64,000 bases of DNA from Felis catus (GCF_018350175.1 NC_058368.1:118856001-118920000), one strand, 5' to 3'; positions 1 to 13,559 are shown, counted from the stretch's first letter. The notes: generated from the letters alone by a model not told the origin. Program-made: numbers and translations.

Positions 1-156
1 ATGGGAGGGAGAGAGTGAGGGAGACACAATCCGAAGAAGGCTCCAGGCTTCGAGCTGTCAGCACAGAGCCCTGCCGGGGACTTGAACTCATGGACCGCAA
101 GATCATGACCTGGGCTGAAATTGGAGGCTTAACTGACTGAGCCACCTGAGCGCCCC
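1..156 (-). mobile_element. CAN-SINE (partial, cut by window edge)
   Basis: Reverse complement of GGGGCGCTCAGGTGGCTCAGTCAGTTAAG head and (CT)n body. Confidence 0.9.
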
Positions 157-359
157 TAAAACAGGACTTTTGGAAAGGACTTCAAACCAGGTGTTTTAGT
201 TAAAGAGAATATACATATGTTAGTGATGGTCATAGTTTCTAATCTGAGAACATTTGTATGAACTCTTTTCCAGTGCCTAATGTTGTTTAAGAAATAATTT
301 AAGTCTGTGTTTTATTTCCAGGGGCAGTTACATCTGTTTCTATAAGTTAAAGTTTTTTT

Positions 360-2030
360 TTCTTGTTTTTAAACTTTATGTTTATTGAGGCATCATTTAT
401 GTACAGTAAAATTCACCCTAGTTAGCGTACAGGTGAGAGTTTTGACAGACTCACACCGTGATGTAAGTGTATGTCAGTGCCATATCCATCAAGGTATCAC
501 TCCATTAAGTTCTCCCCTTTGTTGTGTGGTCATTTCCCTCTTCTTCCCAGCGCCTGGCAACCACTAATCTGATTTCTGTTGCTGTGGATTTGCCTTTACA
601 GAATGCCCTATAAATGCAGTCATACTGTATGAAGTCTTTTGTGTTTGGTTTCTTTCCGTGCTTTTGAGATTCATCCAAGCTAGTGTATTTACTAATCGTT
701 CATTCATTTTTATTGCTGAGCAGTAAGCCATTGTATGACTTAACATGATTTATTTTTTCATTTATTGATGGACTTTTTTTTATTGTGTCTAGTTTTTGAT
801 TTAACAGGTAAAGCTGCTATGAATGTTAATGTACAGATGAACGTATCTTTGGACATATACTTCTTTTCTTTGGGGTAAGTAGCTAGAAGTTGAATGTGTA
901 GGTCATATGGTAGGTATATATTTAAATTTTTAAGAAACTACTGTACTATTTTCCTTACTGTTTGTACTATTGTACATTCTCATCAGCAGTGTACGAGAGT
1001 TCTAGTTCCTCCACATCCTCACCAACATTTGGTACAGTAAGTCTTTTTAATTTTAATATTCTACTAGGTGTGTAAATTGTGGTTTATTTTATATTTCCGT
1101 AATACATATTGATAATCTTTTTATATGCCTATTTTCCATCTTTTTTTTGGTGAAGCATTTATTCAAATATTTGGCATTTAAAAAATGCCTATTGTTGAGG
1201 TTTGAAGAGCTCTTTACATATATAAAAAAATCGGTCTCTGTGTAAATGTGGGTTTATTTGACTGTCTAGTCTGTTCCAGTGGACTGTTTGTTTCTTTTTA
1301 TGCCAGTACCATGCTGTTGTGATGACTATAGTTTTATAATAATTTTTGGAATCAGATGCATTTAGTCCTCTTTGGTTTTTTTTTTTAATTCATAGATTTT
1401 TTTTTTTATTATTCTAGGTCCTTTTTATTTATACATGATCTTAGAATGTGCTTGTAAATATCTGCAGAAACCTACTGGGATTTTTATTGTGGTCACATTG
1501 AATCAGTGGGTCAATGAGAATTGATATCTTAAGGATATTAAGTCTTTTATCACACAGATAAATCTCTATATGTTTTTAAGTATTAACTTTATCAGCAACA
1601 TTTTGTAGATTTCAGTGTATAGGTTTTTCGCATACTTTGGTTTGTCTCTTAAGTATTTAATTAATTGTTTGGATCTATTGGAAATGGTATCTTAAAAAAC
1701 TATCAGTTTCTAATTGTTTGTTGCTGGTACCTAGAAATAAAATTAATTTTTGTATAGGGGTCTGGTATCCCAGGCATCAGAAAACTTTTTCTGTGAAGGA
1801 CTAGGTAGCAAATATTTTAGGCTTTGCAGGCCATATGTCTCTGTCACAAGTACTCACCTCTGCCATTGCAGTATGACAGCAACATAGTTCGCCTATAAAA
1901 ATGGGTAAGTGTATGTATTTCAAAACATTTTATTTACAAAAACAGGCAGTGGACTGGGTTTGGCCGTAAGTCGTGATTTGCTGACCCCTGTTGTATTCTG
2001 CAAACTTGCTAAGTTTACTTATTAGTTCTT
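360..2030 (-). mobile_element. Old LINE-1 (L1M-type) 3' fragments
   Basis: T-rich antisense L1 3'UTR/ORF2-end motifs (cctggcaaccactaatctg, cattctcatcagcagtgtacgagagttc, ccagtaccatgctgt); continues at ~7010-7780. Confidence 0.75.
1771..1990. mobile_element. MER58-like hAT-Charlie DNA transposon
   Basis: CAGG...ACCCCTG termini; internal aaatattttaggctttgcaggccatatg; imperfect 8-bp TSD tggtatcc/ttgtattc. Confidence 0.85.
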
Positions 2031-2040
2031 GTAGCTTTTT

Positions 2041-5000
2041 TTTACTTATTTTTACTTTTATTTTTTTAATTGAAGTAGAGTTGAAACACAATGTGACATT
2101 AGTTTGAGGTGTACAACATAATGATTCCCCAGTTTTATGCTATGCTGTATAGTCACTGCAAGTGTAGCTACCATCTGTCACCATAGGGCACTATTCCAGT
2201 CCCATAGACTATATTCTCTGTGCTGTGCTTTTCATCCCAGTGACATATACGTTCTATAACTGAAAGCCTGTACCTCCCACTCCCTGTCACTCATTTTGCC
2301 CACCCCCCCTCCCACTCTCCTACCCTCTGGTAACCACTTGTTTGCTCTCTGTATTTATGGGACTGTTTCTGATTTTTTGGTTTTGTTTTCATTTTTAAAT
2401 TCCACAAAAAGTGAAATCACACACTGTCTGTCTGGTTTGTTTCACTTAGCATTATGCCCTCTAGATTCATCCATGTTGGTGCAAATGGCAATTTTTCATT
2501 CTTTTTTATGGCTGTGTAGTATTCCTCTGTGTGTGAACCACATCTTCTTTATCCATTCACTCCTAGTGGACGCTGGGGCTGCTTCCAAATCTCCATATGG
2601 CTTTCCACTTTTTTCTTTTTACTACAAGTGGCTGCACCAGTTTTGATTCTCACCAAAAGTGAAGAAGGATTCTTTTTTCTCTGCATCCAGGCCAGCAGTT
2701 ATTTCTTGTCTTTTTGATAATAGCCATTCTGACAGGTGTGAAGTGACATCTCATTGTGGTTTACGTTTGCATTTTCCTTATGTTTTGTGATGTTGAGCAT
2801 CTTTTCATGTGTACGGTCATCTGAATGTCTTCTTTGGGGACATAGTGTTTTTTTTTTAATCCCCTGGTCATTTTTAATTGGATTATTATTATATTTTTTG
2901 GTGTTGAGTTGTCTAAGTTTTTTTACATCCTTTGGATATAAACCCCTTATTAGATATTTTATTTGTAAATATTTCCCCCCATTTAGTGGGCTGGATTTTT
3001 GTTTGGTTAATGGTTTCCCTTTGTTGTGAAAAAACTTTTTATTTTGATATATTCCCAACAGTTTATTTTGCTTGTTGCCCTTGCCTGCAGAAGCATCCAT
3101 AGCAAATGTTGCTAGGACCAATATCAAAGACATTAGTACCTGTGTTTTCTTCTAAGACTTTTATGGTTTCAGGTCTCACATTTAGGTCTTTAATCCATTT
3201 TGAGTTTGTTTCATGCATGGTGCGAGAAAGTGTTCTAGTTTCATTCTCTTGCCTGTAGCTGTCCAGTTTTCCCAGTACCATTTATTGAAGAGACTGTCTT
3301 TTCCCCATTGTATATTCTTGCCTCCTTTGTTGTAAATTAATTGATCATATAAACATGGTATTATTTCTGGGCTCTCTATTTTGTTCCATTTATCTTTGTG
3401 TCTATTTTTTGTGCCAGTACCATACTGTTTTGAACACGACAGCTTTGGAGTACATCCTGAAATCTGGGATTGTGACACTTGGAGCTTTGTGTCTCTCAAG
3501 AGTGCTTTCAAGAGTGCTATTCAGGGTCTTGTGTGATCCACACAAATTTTAGGATTAGTTGTTCTAGTTCTGTGAAAAATACTGTTGACATTTTGATAAA
3601 GATTGAATTGAATCTGTAGATTGCTTTGGGTAGTATGGACATTTTAATAATAATCTTCCAGGCCACGTGTAGGGACTATCTATCCATTTGTTTGCATCAT
3701 CTTCAATTTCTTTCATCAGTGTTGGATAGTTTTCAGAGTCTTTCACCTAGTTAATTAAGTTTATTCCTAGGTTTGTGGTTGTTGTTGTTTTTGATTCAGT
3801 TGTAAATAGAACTGTTTTCTTTGTTTCTGCTATGTGTCATTAGTGCCTAGAAATGCAACAGATTTATGTGTATTAATTATTTGTACTGCAACTTTAACTA
3901 AATTCATTGATTAATAGTACTTTGGTAGCGTCTTTAGGATTTGTTATGTATAATATGTCATCAGCAAATAGTGATAGTTGTTCTTTGTCCTTACTGATAT
4001 GGATGCTTGTATTTCTGTTTCTTGTCTGACTGCTGTGGCTGGAGCTTTCAGTACTGTCAAATAAAAGCAGCAGGACTGGACATCCTTGTCTTGTTCCTGA
4101 TTTAGAGGGAAATCTCTCAGTTTTTCACCACTCTCTATGATGCTAACTGTCATCTGTGGCCTTTATTGTGTTGAGGTACACTCTGTCTAACCCCACTTTG
4201 TTGAGAGTTTTTCATTTTTAATCATGAATGGGTGTTGAATTTTGTCAAATGCTTTTTCTGCATCTGATGAAATGATAATATATTTATCCCTCGTTTTGTT
4301 AATGTGGTATATATCATTTTGAATGATTATTGACCCACTGTAGGAATACTTTGAGGAGAATAGGTAGTAATTCTTCTTTAAGTGTTTGATAGAATTCCCC
4401 TGTGGATCCATCTGGTCTTGGACTTTTGTTTTCTGGGAGTTGTTGGAGTATAGATTCAATTTTGTTCTAGTAATAAGCCTGTCCACATTTCCTATTCTTC
4501 CTTATTCTGCTTTGGAAGATTATATATTTCTAAGAATTTATTGATCGCTTCTAGGTTGTCCAATTTGTTGTAATATAATTTTTCATAGTAGTCTCTTGTA
4601 ATTCTTTGTATTTCTGTGGTGTAGGTTGTTAATTCTCCTCTTTTATTTCTCATTTTATTTTGGCCCTTTCTTTTTTTATTGATGAATCTAGCTAATGGTT
4701 TATAAATTTTGTTTATCTTTTCAAAGAACCAGTTCTCTTTGTTTTAATGATCTTTTTTAATTTTTTTGTAGCCTCTATTTCATTTATTTCCACTCTCGTC
4801 TTTATTATTTCCTGCCATCTACCAACTTTGGGTTTAGTTCTCATTTTTTCAGTTCCCTTAGGCGTAAGGTTATGTTGTTTGAGATTTTTATTGGTTTCTT
4901 GAAGGAGGCCTGTTTGCCATAAATTTCCCTCGTAGAACTGCTTTTGCTGCACCCCAAACATTTTGGACCATTTTGATTTTATTTTGATTTGTCTCCATGT

Positions 5001-6445
5001 ATTTTTTTAATTTCCTCTTTGATATCCTCACTGGCCCATTTGTTGCTTAGTAGCCTGGTGTTTAGCCTCCATGTGTTTGTGATTTTTATTTTTTTCTTGT
5101 TATTTTTAGTTTCATACCATTGTGGTTGGAAAAGATAACTTGCTATAATTTCATTCTTCTTAAATTTATTGGGATTTATTTTGTGGCCCAACGTGTCATC
5201 TGTCCTGGAGAATGTCCCATGTGTGCTTTAAAAGAATGCATATTTTGTAGTTTGTGTATAGAATGTTCTGTATAGATCTGTTAAGTCTATTTGGTATAAT
5301 ATGCCAGTTAAGGCAGTGTTTCCTGACAGACTTTCTGTCTGGATGTTCTATTCATTGACATGCTTTTTGAAAAAATGAGAACAATTACTTTCTGTACGTT
5401 GAAGCAATGGTCTTGTGTATGGTTATCCACTGTGTAGACTATGTGCCTGGTGACTTTGACTCTGCTGGGTGGCTGGAGCTTGGTTGGCATGGGCTGGGAT
5501 TTCCAGGGTACTCTGTGATGGGGATGCACTGTTGGGATGGCTGGAGCTGAAGCGGGTGTGGGCTGGCGTGATTCCAGGGTTCTCCATGCAAGAGGCCTCC
5601 TGGCCAGACAGCTGAAGCTGAAGTGGGTACAAACAGGGACCCCAGAATTCTTTATGTAAGGGGCACCTTAGTGGCTGGAGCCCATGTGGGTTCAGGCTGG
5701 GGTGCTCTGTGCAAGGGATGCTCCATGCAGGAGTGCTTCTGGTGAGTCATCCAAAGCTGAGGCAGGCATAGGCTGGGAGGTTCTGGGCACTCTGTGCTGG
5801 GGTGCCCTAGTAAGTCATCTGGAGGTGAAGTGGTATGGACCTGGAATGATCCGGGTTGTGCTCTGTGCCTTATCATCTTGGTGACATGGGTGAAGCTATA
5901 ATGAATGCTGACCAGGAGTGTCCTTGTGTACACCACGCTGGGGCTGCCTTGGGATAGCACGGGATGGTATAGGCTAGTGGCCTCAGTCTCACTGAGGTGG
6001 CTGGCCAGCCGTGGTACCAGGCCTGTCCTCTGGTTGACACTATTAAGGTGGAGAGGGAGAGTAAACCATGGTGTTCGCCAGCGCCTCCCACTGGGAGAGA
6101 GTTCGAGCAGCATCCCTGACCTTTTGCAGGATTCTGAGGCTGAATCTTTTATATTCTAGTTGCTGTTTTAGGCTGTAACTTTTTTCCCTGTGCCCCAGAG
6201 TGTGCACATCTGCTCATGGTCCCTCTGTACTCTTTCTTTCCACTCTTTCTTTCCACTTACTATGTCTCCATCACTCTGTCTCTCTTGCCAGTCTCTGTGT
6301 GGTTTATCTTTTATTGTACAGAAGCTGTTCAGTCAGCCCTCAATTATTCTTTAGGAAGAATTATTCTATAAATAGATGTCGATTTGGTGTGTCTGTGGAG
6401 GAGGTGAATTCAGGGTCTTCTTATGTCGCCATCTTGGACCCTCTT
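2041..6445 (-). mobile_element. Carnivore LINE-1 with both ends but internal deletion (no ORF1)
   Basis: T-rich tail at ~2041; decayed ORF2 peptides ([33 protein letters not shown]); GC-richer 5'UTR 5400-6445 ending in CAAGATGGCG; flanking repeat GTAGCTTTTT at 2031-2040 and 6451-6460. Confidence 0.9.
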
Positions 6446-6460
6446 CTCTAGTAGCTTTTT

Positions 6461-7780
6461 AAAAATTAACTTATTGAGATGAAGTTAATATTACATAAAA
6501 TTAACCATTCAAAAATAAAATATGGTGGCATCCAGTATAGTCATGGTGTTGTGCAACCACCAGTTCCCAAACATTTCCATAACCCCAAAGTAAAACTCTT
6601 ATCCACAAAGTAATTTCTCATTATCCCCTTTCCTCAGCCCCTGGAAACAGTCAATATATTTCCTGTATTTATAGATTTATCTATAATAGGTATTTCATAT
6701 AAATGGAGTCATACAGTTTGTGACATTTTGTGACTCCTTTTTTTCATTTAGTGTAATGTTTTGGAAGTTCATCCATGTCGTAGCATAAATTAGTACTTCA
6801 TTCCTTTTTGTGGCTGAGTAATATCTCATCGCTTATATGAACTACAGCTTACTTATCCATTCATCCCTTGATGGGCATATGGGTTGTTTCTACTGTTGTG
6901 GACGGTTCTGCTGTGATGAACATGTGTGTATTGCCTGAGGACCTGTTTTCAGTTCTTTTGTGTAGATACCTAGGAAAGGTCCTAAGGTAATTCTGTACTG
7001 AACTTTTTTGAAGCCTAGTTGCATTTTTGTACATTCTACAAATTTTTTGTGTGCATAGATGTCTATGAATAAAAATAGTTTTCTTTCTTTCTAATTTAAA
7101 TGCTTTTTATTTCTTTCTTGTCTGATTGCATTGGGTAGAGCCTCCAGTGCAATGTTAAATGGAAATGGTAAGAGTGGGCATTCTTGTTTAGTTAGTAAAA
7201 TTAGAAGGGAAATATTCAGTCTTTTCCCATTAAGTATGGTGCTAACAGAAAGTGTTTTCTAGATGCCCTTTATTATGTTGAGGAAGTTCCATTTTATTCT
7301 TACTTTGCTGAGAGTTTGTTGGTTTTATTTTTCTTAAGTTTATTTATTTTGAGAGGGAGCACAAGCGGGGGGGGGGGGGGGAGGGGGGGGGAGAGCAGAG
7401 AGAATGACAGAGGATCCCTAGCAGGCTCTGCACTGTCAGCACAGAGCCAAATATGAGGCTTAAACTCACAAAATTGTGAGATCATGACCCAAGCGGAAAT
7501 CAAGAGTCGAAAGCTCAACCGTCTGAGTCACCCAGGCACCCCAAGGGTTTGTTAGTTTTTAATTAGGAGTGTCTCTTGGGTGTTACGCTTTGTCTGCGTC
7601 TGTTTGGATAATCATTTGGATTTTTAGTTTTCTACTATCATCAGTTATACTGGTTGATCTTGAAATGTGAATCCAACTTGGTCGTGGTGTCATCCTTTTA
7701 ATATATTGATAGATTTTATTTGGTAAAATTTTAGGTAGAAAATTGTATCTATGCTCATGAGGGATAGTCTGTAGTTTTCT
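6461..7780 (-). mobile_element. Old LINE-1 fragments (3' end piece plus continuation of L1M ORF2)
   Basis: L1 antisense motifs (ttcatccatgtcgtagcat, ggtaagagtgggcattcttgt, aggaagttcc). Confidence 0.75.
7330..7542 (-). mobile_element. CAN-SINE with long G-run
   Basis: SINE head reverse complement ends at 7542; G tract 7367-7391 in the (CT)n-derived region. Confidence 0.9.
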
Positions 7781-8269
7781 TAAATGTGGGGTAGAAGAGT
7801 AACAGGCTGGTTGCCTTTTTCTGTCAGCCTCCTTACTGACCAGGAAACACTCTGGATACAAGACCTCAGTCTACACCTTCACCCTTCTCCTCTGGTCTTG
7901 ACCGCCTTGGCAGCACTCTCCTGTTGGAAGTGGAAGACCCTTTCTGAAAGAATGGTCGCGTCTTCTGGGTCACATCTGTCAGGGGCTGATAGTTGGGAGC
8001 ATGTGGCATAATGAAAATGCAGGCTGGTATCCTAACAGTCTCCCCTTGCCCTGTGTGTGACCCTTCTTTATTAGCGATATGCGAGGTTATGTGCATTTCT
8101 GGCGTTCCCATCATTCGTCATCCACTTTGACTTTTTCTGTACATTTTTGAGGAGAGGGTTAACAAATTCCCTTTTTAGATTTCCTTGAGGATTTAAAAAC
8201 CAGCTACCATGACTTGAGTGCTGATCGGACTGTAGGAATTGAGCTAAACACATTTAAGATTGTATCTCT

Positions 8270-8455
8270 GGGCGCCTGGGGGGCTTAGTCGGTTAAGTGT
8301 CTGACTCTTGATATTAGCTCAGGTCATGATCTCATGGTTTATGGGTTCAAGCCCTGCAACGGGCTCTGTGCTGACAGTGCTGAGCCTGCTTGGGATTCTC
8401 TCTCTCTCTCTGCCCCTCCCCTTGCTCATGCTTTCTTTCTCAGATAAACATTACA
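8270..8455 (+). mobile_element. CAN-SINE
   Basis: GGGCGCCTGGGGGGCTTAGTCGGTTAAG head, (CT)n, A-rich tail. Confidence 0.9.
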
Positions 8456-8959
8456 ACAAACGAATATGGTACCTCATTTACTTCTCTCTTCCTTCAAGAT
8501 GTTACTCCATTTTTCACATGGACCTAGAGTGGCTCTACAACTTCCCCAAGGTCTCAGATTTAGTAAATGACAGAAGCAAAACTTGATCCCAGACTTATTA
8601 TAAAGTTGTAGCTACATACAGCAGTTATGCCACACTTTCATTTGTATTTGAAATGAGCATGTGTGTGCTTTGAGTTCTATTTTTACTTGCTATGTTCGTG
8701 ATGTCTTTGTACATGGTGGCTATCTCAGGGTAAGTACAACGTATAATAAATTAAGCATTAGGGGGAAATCTATTACTATTAAATGAGTAACCCCTTGTTT
8801 GCACTGTTAACTTCAACTGATCCTTTAACACCCAGCACGGTGAAAACCTCTTCTGCTGGAAGATGAAAAAACTGCTGCATCTGTCTTTATCCAAAGGACT
8901 TTGTATTGGCTTCTGATGGCAGTTGATGCATTTGCTTCTCTGCATCTTACATATTTAAA

Positions 8960-9460
8960 CTTGTTTAAACATATGTTTAACATATCACAAAGTTTACTCA
9001 TTTTAAGTGTATAATCGATAATTTTTATTAAATTTGCTGAGTTGTACAACCATCAGTATAATCCAGTGTTAGGACATTTCCACCTCCCCGTAAAGGTCCC
9101 CCGTGTCTGTTGTCACTTAAGCCGTGTTGCCAACCCCAACCATAGGCAACCACTGATGTGCTTCTTGATCTGTGGATGTGCCTTTTCTGGACATCTCATA
9201 AATAACCTGTGGTCTTTTGTATCTGACTTTTTACTCAGCATAATGGTTTTGAGGTTCACCCATGTTATAGCACGCATGTCACTTTTTTATTGCTGTCTGG
9301 TACCCTATTGTATGGATATGCCGCAATTTGGTTATGTATTCGTCAGTTGACCAACGTTGGGGTCTTTGGGCTTGGTTATTATGAATACTGCTATGAACAT
9401 TTGCATGAAAGTCATCGTGTGTTCCTTTTGAGCAGACACAGGAATGGAATTGATGAGCCA
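8960..9460 (-). mobile_element. Old LINE-1 3' fragment (L1MB-like)
   Basis: gagttgtacaaccatc, ttactcagcataatggttttgaggttcacccatgtt motifs. Confidence 0.75.
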
Positions 9461-9735
9461 GGTGGCTTTCACCTTTGACTCCCTGAGGGCTGAAACCTTC
9501 TCTTGAAGTTTTAGTATTTCCTTTGTGGTCTGTCTTCACATTCGCTCATCTAGCATGCCTGCCACATAGCAGGAAAGAAACTCATCAGAAGATAATTATG
9601 ACACAGTCTTATCTTGTACGAACCTTTCTTTGCAATGCTAGTAAATGATCCTAATGGTTTTCGCTGGCCTAGATTCTTATTTCCAATATAGCTGCACATG
9701 TACTGAGATGGTACTTTATAAGACACTGACGCATT

Positions 9736-9949
9736 GGGGCACTTGGGTGGCTCAGTGGGTTAAAACCTCCAACCTCGGCTCAGGTCATGATCTCACGGTT
9801 CATGAGTTCCAGTCCCACATCGGGCTCTCTGCTGACAGCACAGAGCCCACTTCAGATCTTCTGTCCCCCTCTTTCTGTTCCCCTGCCACACACGCGCGTG
9901 TGCACACACACACTCTCTCTCAAAAATATTTAAAAGAAAGAAAAAAAAA
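9736..9949 (+). mobile_element. CAN-SINE
   Basis: GGGGCACTTGGGTGGCTCAG head, A tail. Confidence 0.9.
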
Positions 9950-10387
9950 GACACATCATAATAGGAAAGCTTATGGCTAATTTACACTGTGTACACATTA
10001 CTGATCTAAATCAGTTTTCATTTGTAAACAACTTTTTTCTTCGGTTTGAATGTAGTCTATATGTTCCACATCCCTTGAAGAAATGTTTGTTGATTTTCCT
10101 GTGGCTGTTAATGAGACAGATTCTTTGTTGTGTATTTGACAAACTAAGGGGTAGTGTCATCTCTGGGCAGCCAGTGTTTTTGTTTTTGTTTTTTTACCAT
10201 CAACATCCCTGGGGGATAGGACACATGTTTTTAAGAGAAGGAAATGTCATTGTTAAATGTTTAAGTCAAAATTGATAAGGTAGCAAGAGGGATTAGATTA
10301 AAATGAGATCATGTCACAAGGCCTGACACATAATGCTCGGTATTGGTTCTTTTAATCTAGTTAGGAGCTTCATATTAATAATTTCTC

Positions 10388-10670
10388 CGTAGTGCTTAAG
10401 AGCATGAACCCTAAAGCCAGATGCCCATTTTTTTTTTAAGGTTCTATTTAACCACTTCAAAGCTTTGTGACCCTAGGCAAGTTACTCAATTCCGTAAGCC
10501 CCCGTTTCCTCCTATAAATGCAACGAAGTTAATAGTAATGCTTTGTAGTGTTTGAAAGCAATATTTCATAGCACTGCTATGAGCACTCCTATAAGGTTTG
10601 CTAAGCTTAAATGAGGTAATATATTGAAACATGCCTGGCATCCGGTTAAGTGCTCAGTAAATGTAAAACA
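10388..10670 (+). mobile_element. MIR
   Basis: tgtgaccctaggcaagttact core; aagtgctcagtaaatg end. Confidence 0.75.
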
Positions 10671-11827
10671 TTAATTTAAAAACATAACCAGTTCCCTGGG
10701 AGGCTTTTGGACAAGAGACGTGTTCTCTGACATGTGATAAATGGCCTCGCAGAGACTTTCCATTCAGATCTCAGTAAAAGGGGCGTTAGTAGCTATGAAC
10801 CAGTTGCTTAAACTCTGAGCCTGTCTGCTGTTTTATAAATGGAGTTAGTATTTTCCTCTGCATTTGTTCTCATTTCATGCATTCATTGGGTAAGGATAAC
10901 CGGTATCATGTCAGCAAAGGTGTTCTGCAACTTTAATAGTTCAAGCGGACGGTAAAGCAGTAATGTGTTTGCCTCCTAGTGCTGTACCTGGTGTCTTTTG
11001 CGTTGTAAAGCACGGGGAAAGTCTGGTAGACACACTTTTCCAATCATGTATTTCCCATGACTGAGGTGATGGTATTTTTCTTACTTCTCTTGTATCTGCG
11101 GTATTTATCACCTAGTGAAGTAGGTAGCAAATGCTTGGTATGCTGAGGATGGCGAAGGCAAACTTGGTTTTTAAGGACAACAAATAATAAACTTTTTTTC
11201 TTAGTGAAGGAAGTCAGTGGTAAAGAAAAGAGTATTTCTAGGAAAACTGTGACACCATCCAGTTGATGGCTGGATCTGACCTCAACACAAGACATTTTCG
11301 GAAAAATACCGAACAGGTTGTTGAGAGGAGCTGGTTTACCGCTTTAGCCCCTTCTGTCTTTACTGTCAAGACTGTGCCACGTTGCTGTGAAATTTACCAA
11401 GTATTTATGCCCTTTTCTGGGAGAAAGAATTGGCTTTAAAATACGTAAGGCAAGAATTTTGACTAGATAACTTGGTTTCCACAAAACATTGCTTTTCCTG
11501 AGGAAGACTGTTCTAGAGCACGAAACCTCAGGCGTGGGTTCTTCCTTGCCTTAGCACCCTTTGCAGTAATGGGCGTAGGACCATTTGAGGCACGAGTGGG
11601 ATAGTCTTTGGGTCTTTGGCGCCAGGGTTAAGCTCCCTTTGGACTTATGCCATGATTGCATGCAGACAGGGCCACACTGACCTGTAAACGCCCACTTCAG
11701 CGTCCTAGGTTTCCTGACGTGATGACGCTACCTTCTGTAGAGGAAGGAGAAAAAAAAAATAGGAAAACTGGGAGTGCAGGAGTTCTACAAATGCATATTG
11801 GAGTCACATAATGAAAAAGCAGATTTT

Positions 11828-11833
11828 TTTATT
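11828..11833 (-). terminator. Distal polyadenylation signal AATAAA
   Basis: tttatt on + strand ~20 nt before the inferred 3' end. Confidence 0.85.
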
Positions 11834-11933
11834 ATGATGTTTCTCCATATTTGGCATTGCTGTAAATGGCTAACTAACATTTACTGCCAATTCCATACAA
11901 ATGTGTGGTTTGGTAATACCAGAACAGCAAATT

Positions 11934-11938
11934 TAAAT
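11934..11938 (-). promoter_or_regulatory. AUUUA element in distal 3'UTR (position of human 9-beta/rs6198 ARE)
   Basis: TTTTATTTTTCATTTAAATTTGCTG on the minus strand, the recalled human rs6198 context with the A allele. Confidence 0.6.
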
Positions 11939-13263
11939 GAAAAATAAAAGTTAAACATTTCCACACGAGATTTTACAGTCTGACATTTCACTGTGTAGGT
12001 AAAAAGACATTTTTTTTCTTTTACTACAGATTATTCAGCATGAATAAAAAACTACAACTTTTATTTTTAAACAGGAGTCACTGGTTTTAATTTTTACACA
12101 TTTTTAAAATTACTGTGATAAAAAATAATGAAAAAGCTTCTTAATAATGCCATACACAGTATAATATAGATTTGTCCCCATTATATAGCATTTGTTTAAT
12201 ATACAAAATAGAATATTGACACACTTGAATCTATATGTAGTTAAGCAAGTTATTGGAGGAGGGTATTTTCATACAGCCTTTCATCAGAAAATAGAATCCT
12301 TCTTTCAGGCATTTTCTAGAGAGAAGCTAATCCTTTCCTGAAAACCTGGTCACTAATCCCTGGGGGACCAGGCTGACTGATCATAGTCTGGAAAATGATG
12401 AAACTTGCATTCAAAGTGGTTAAAGCATCCTGCTTACACTCCTATTCTCCCATCCAACTCTCAAACCAGGCACATGAAAACACATTCATTTACCGCTACA
12501 GCCTTGCCGGCGACGGGCCAAGACTGAAATCTCACTGAGGGCTGCCATGGTTCTTGAATTTCGACAGATCAGAGTATCGTAATCTTGTTCATTCCACAGT
12601 GATGTGGTTTTAGGGTGTTTGACACGAAACGAAGATAAGGCTTATCAATAATAGTAAAATTATACAGAAGTAAAATCGGAATTGCCCCTCCCCTCCCACC
12701 CACCAGTTCTGAAATGAGGCTGGCTTTCCTTTGCATGCACATCCCGAGCTCTCTGATGCTAATTATCAAGCTCTTCACAGACCCTGGTCATGTCGGTCTT
12801 CCCCCTGGTGTGTCCATTTCTTTTTCTCTCCAGGAGAAGGTAGATGATCTTTTAGGTTCCCTTCTCCTAGTTTTAGACAGTTGGCTCTATGTACCCCACA
12901 GGCTACTCGTAAGGTCTCCCACGGCAAGGCCTTAAAACACTGAGAAGGTCCTATTTTTCTACCGCTAATGAAAAATACTTTTCAGGATCTGCGGTGGCCA
13001 GTTCTCACTGACGTTAGTACAAACTTAATCTGGGATGGCAAGATACCACATACACAGAAAATGAAGTTGCTTTCAAATGGCACCATATCTTTTCTCCCTT
13101 AAATTGTTAACTGTACTCAAAGGTCGTTAAGATAACCTTCTTCTTTCCCACTTACTCTAAAAGGGCACAACTTCTTTTTCCATTTAAGGTACGGCCTCCT
13201 ACTTCCACGGATGTCAGTTGATTTTCTTTTCACAAAGTGTACATACCTTTTTTTCACTGAGTT

Positions 13264-13343
13264 CTATTTTTTGAGAACCGAGATTGGGACTGAAATAAGA
13301 TTAATGTGTGATGTGCTTTCTGGTTTTAACCATATAATATTCC
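13264..13343 (-). pseudogene. Degenerate homolog of the human exon 9-beta coding segment
   Basis: AATATTATATGGTTAAAACCAGAAAGCACATCACAC reads NIIWLKPESTSH..., versus human GR-beta tail NVMWLKPESTSHTLI*; preceded by GG rather than AG. Confidence 0.85.
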
Positions 13344-13553
13344 ATATTATATGAATAATTTACCTTTCATAAGCTCTTTTGGAAACTTAACACTGTCATC
13401 GATAATAATATCCAAGCGGTATTTCTTAGGCACCAAAAATTTCACATCCATCTGGGTTACAAACCATCTTAAAATACTCTGAGCTCAATTTAAACCATTA
13501 CAAAAGGAACATTCCCTTTTAGAGAGCATTCAAAAAGCAAATGATTACACTTG

Positions 13554-13559
13554 TTTATT
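13554..13559 (-). terminator. Proximal (GR-alpha) polyadenylation signal AATAAA
   Basis: GAAATTATTTAATAAA context matches the recalled end of the shorter human GR-alpha cDNA; lies just before the 9-beta homologous segment. Confidence 0.75.

Noticed and set aside
2296..6451. Many 60-153 aa ORFs
   Set aside because: Fragments or antisense frames of a decayed LINE-1.
7367..7391. Long G-run (G-quadruplex potential)
   Set aside because: Expansion within a SINE low-complexity tract downstream of the gene; homopolymer length is also unreliable.
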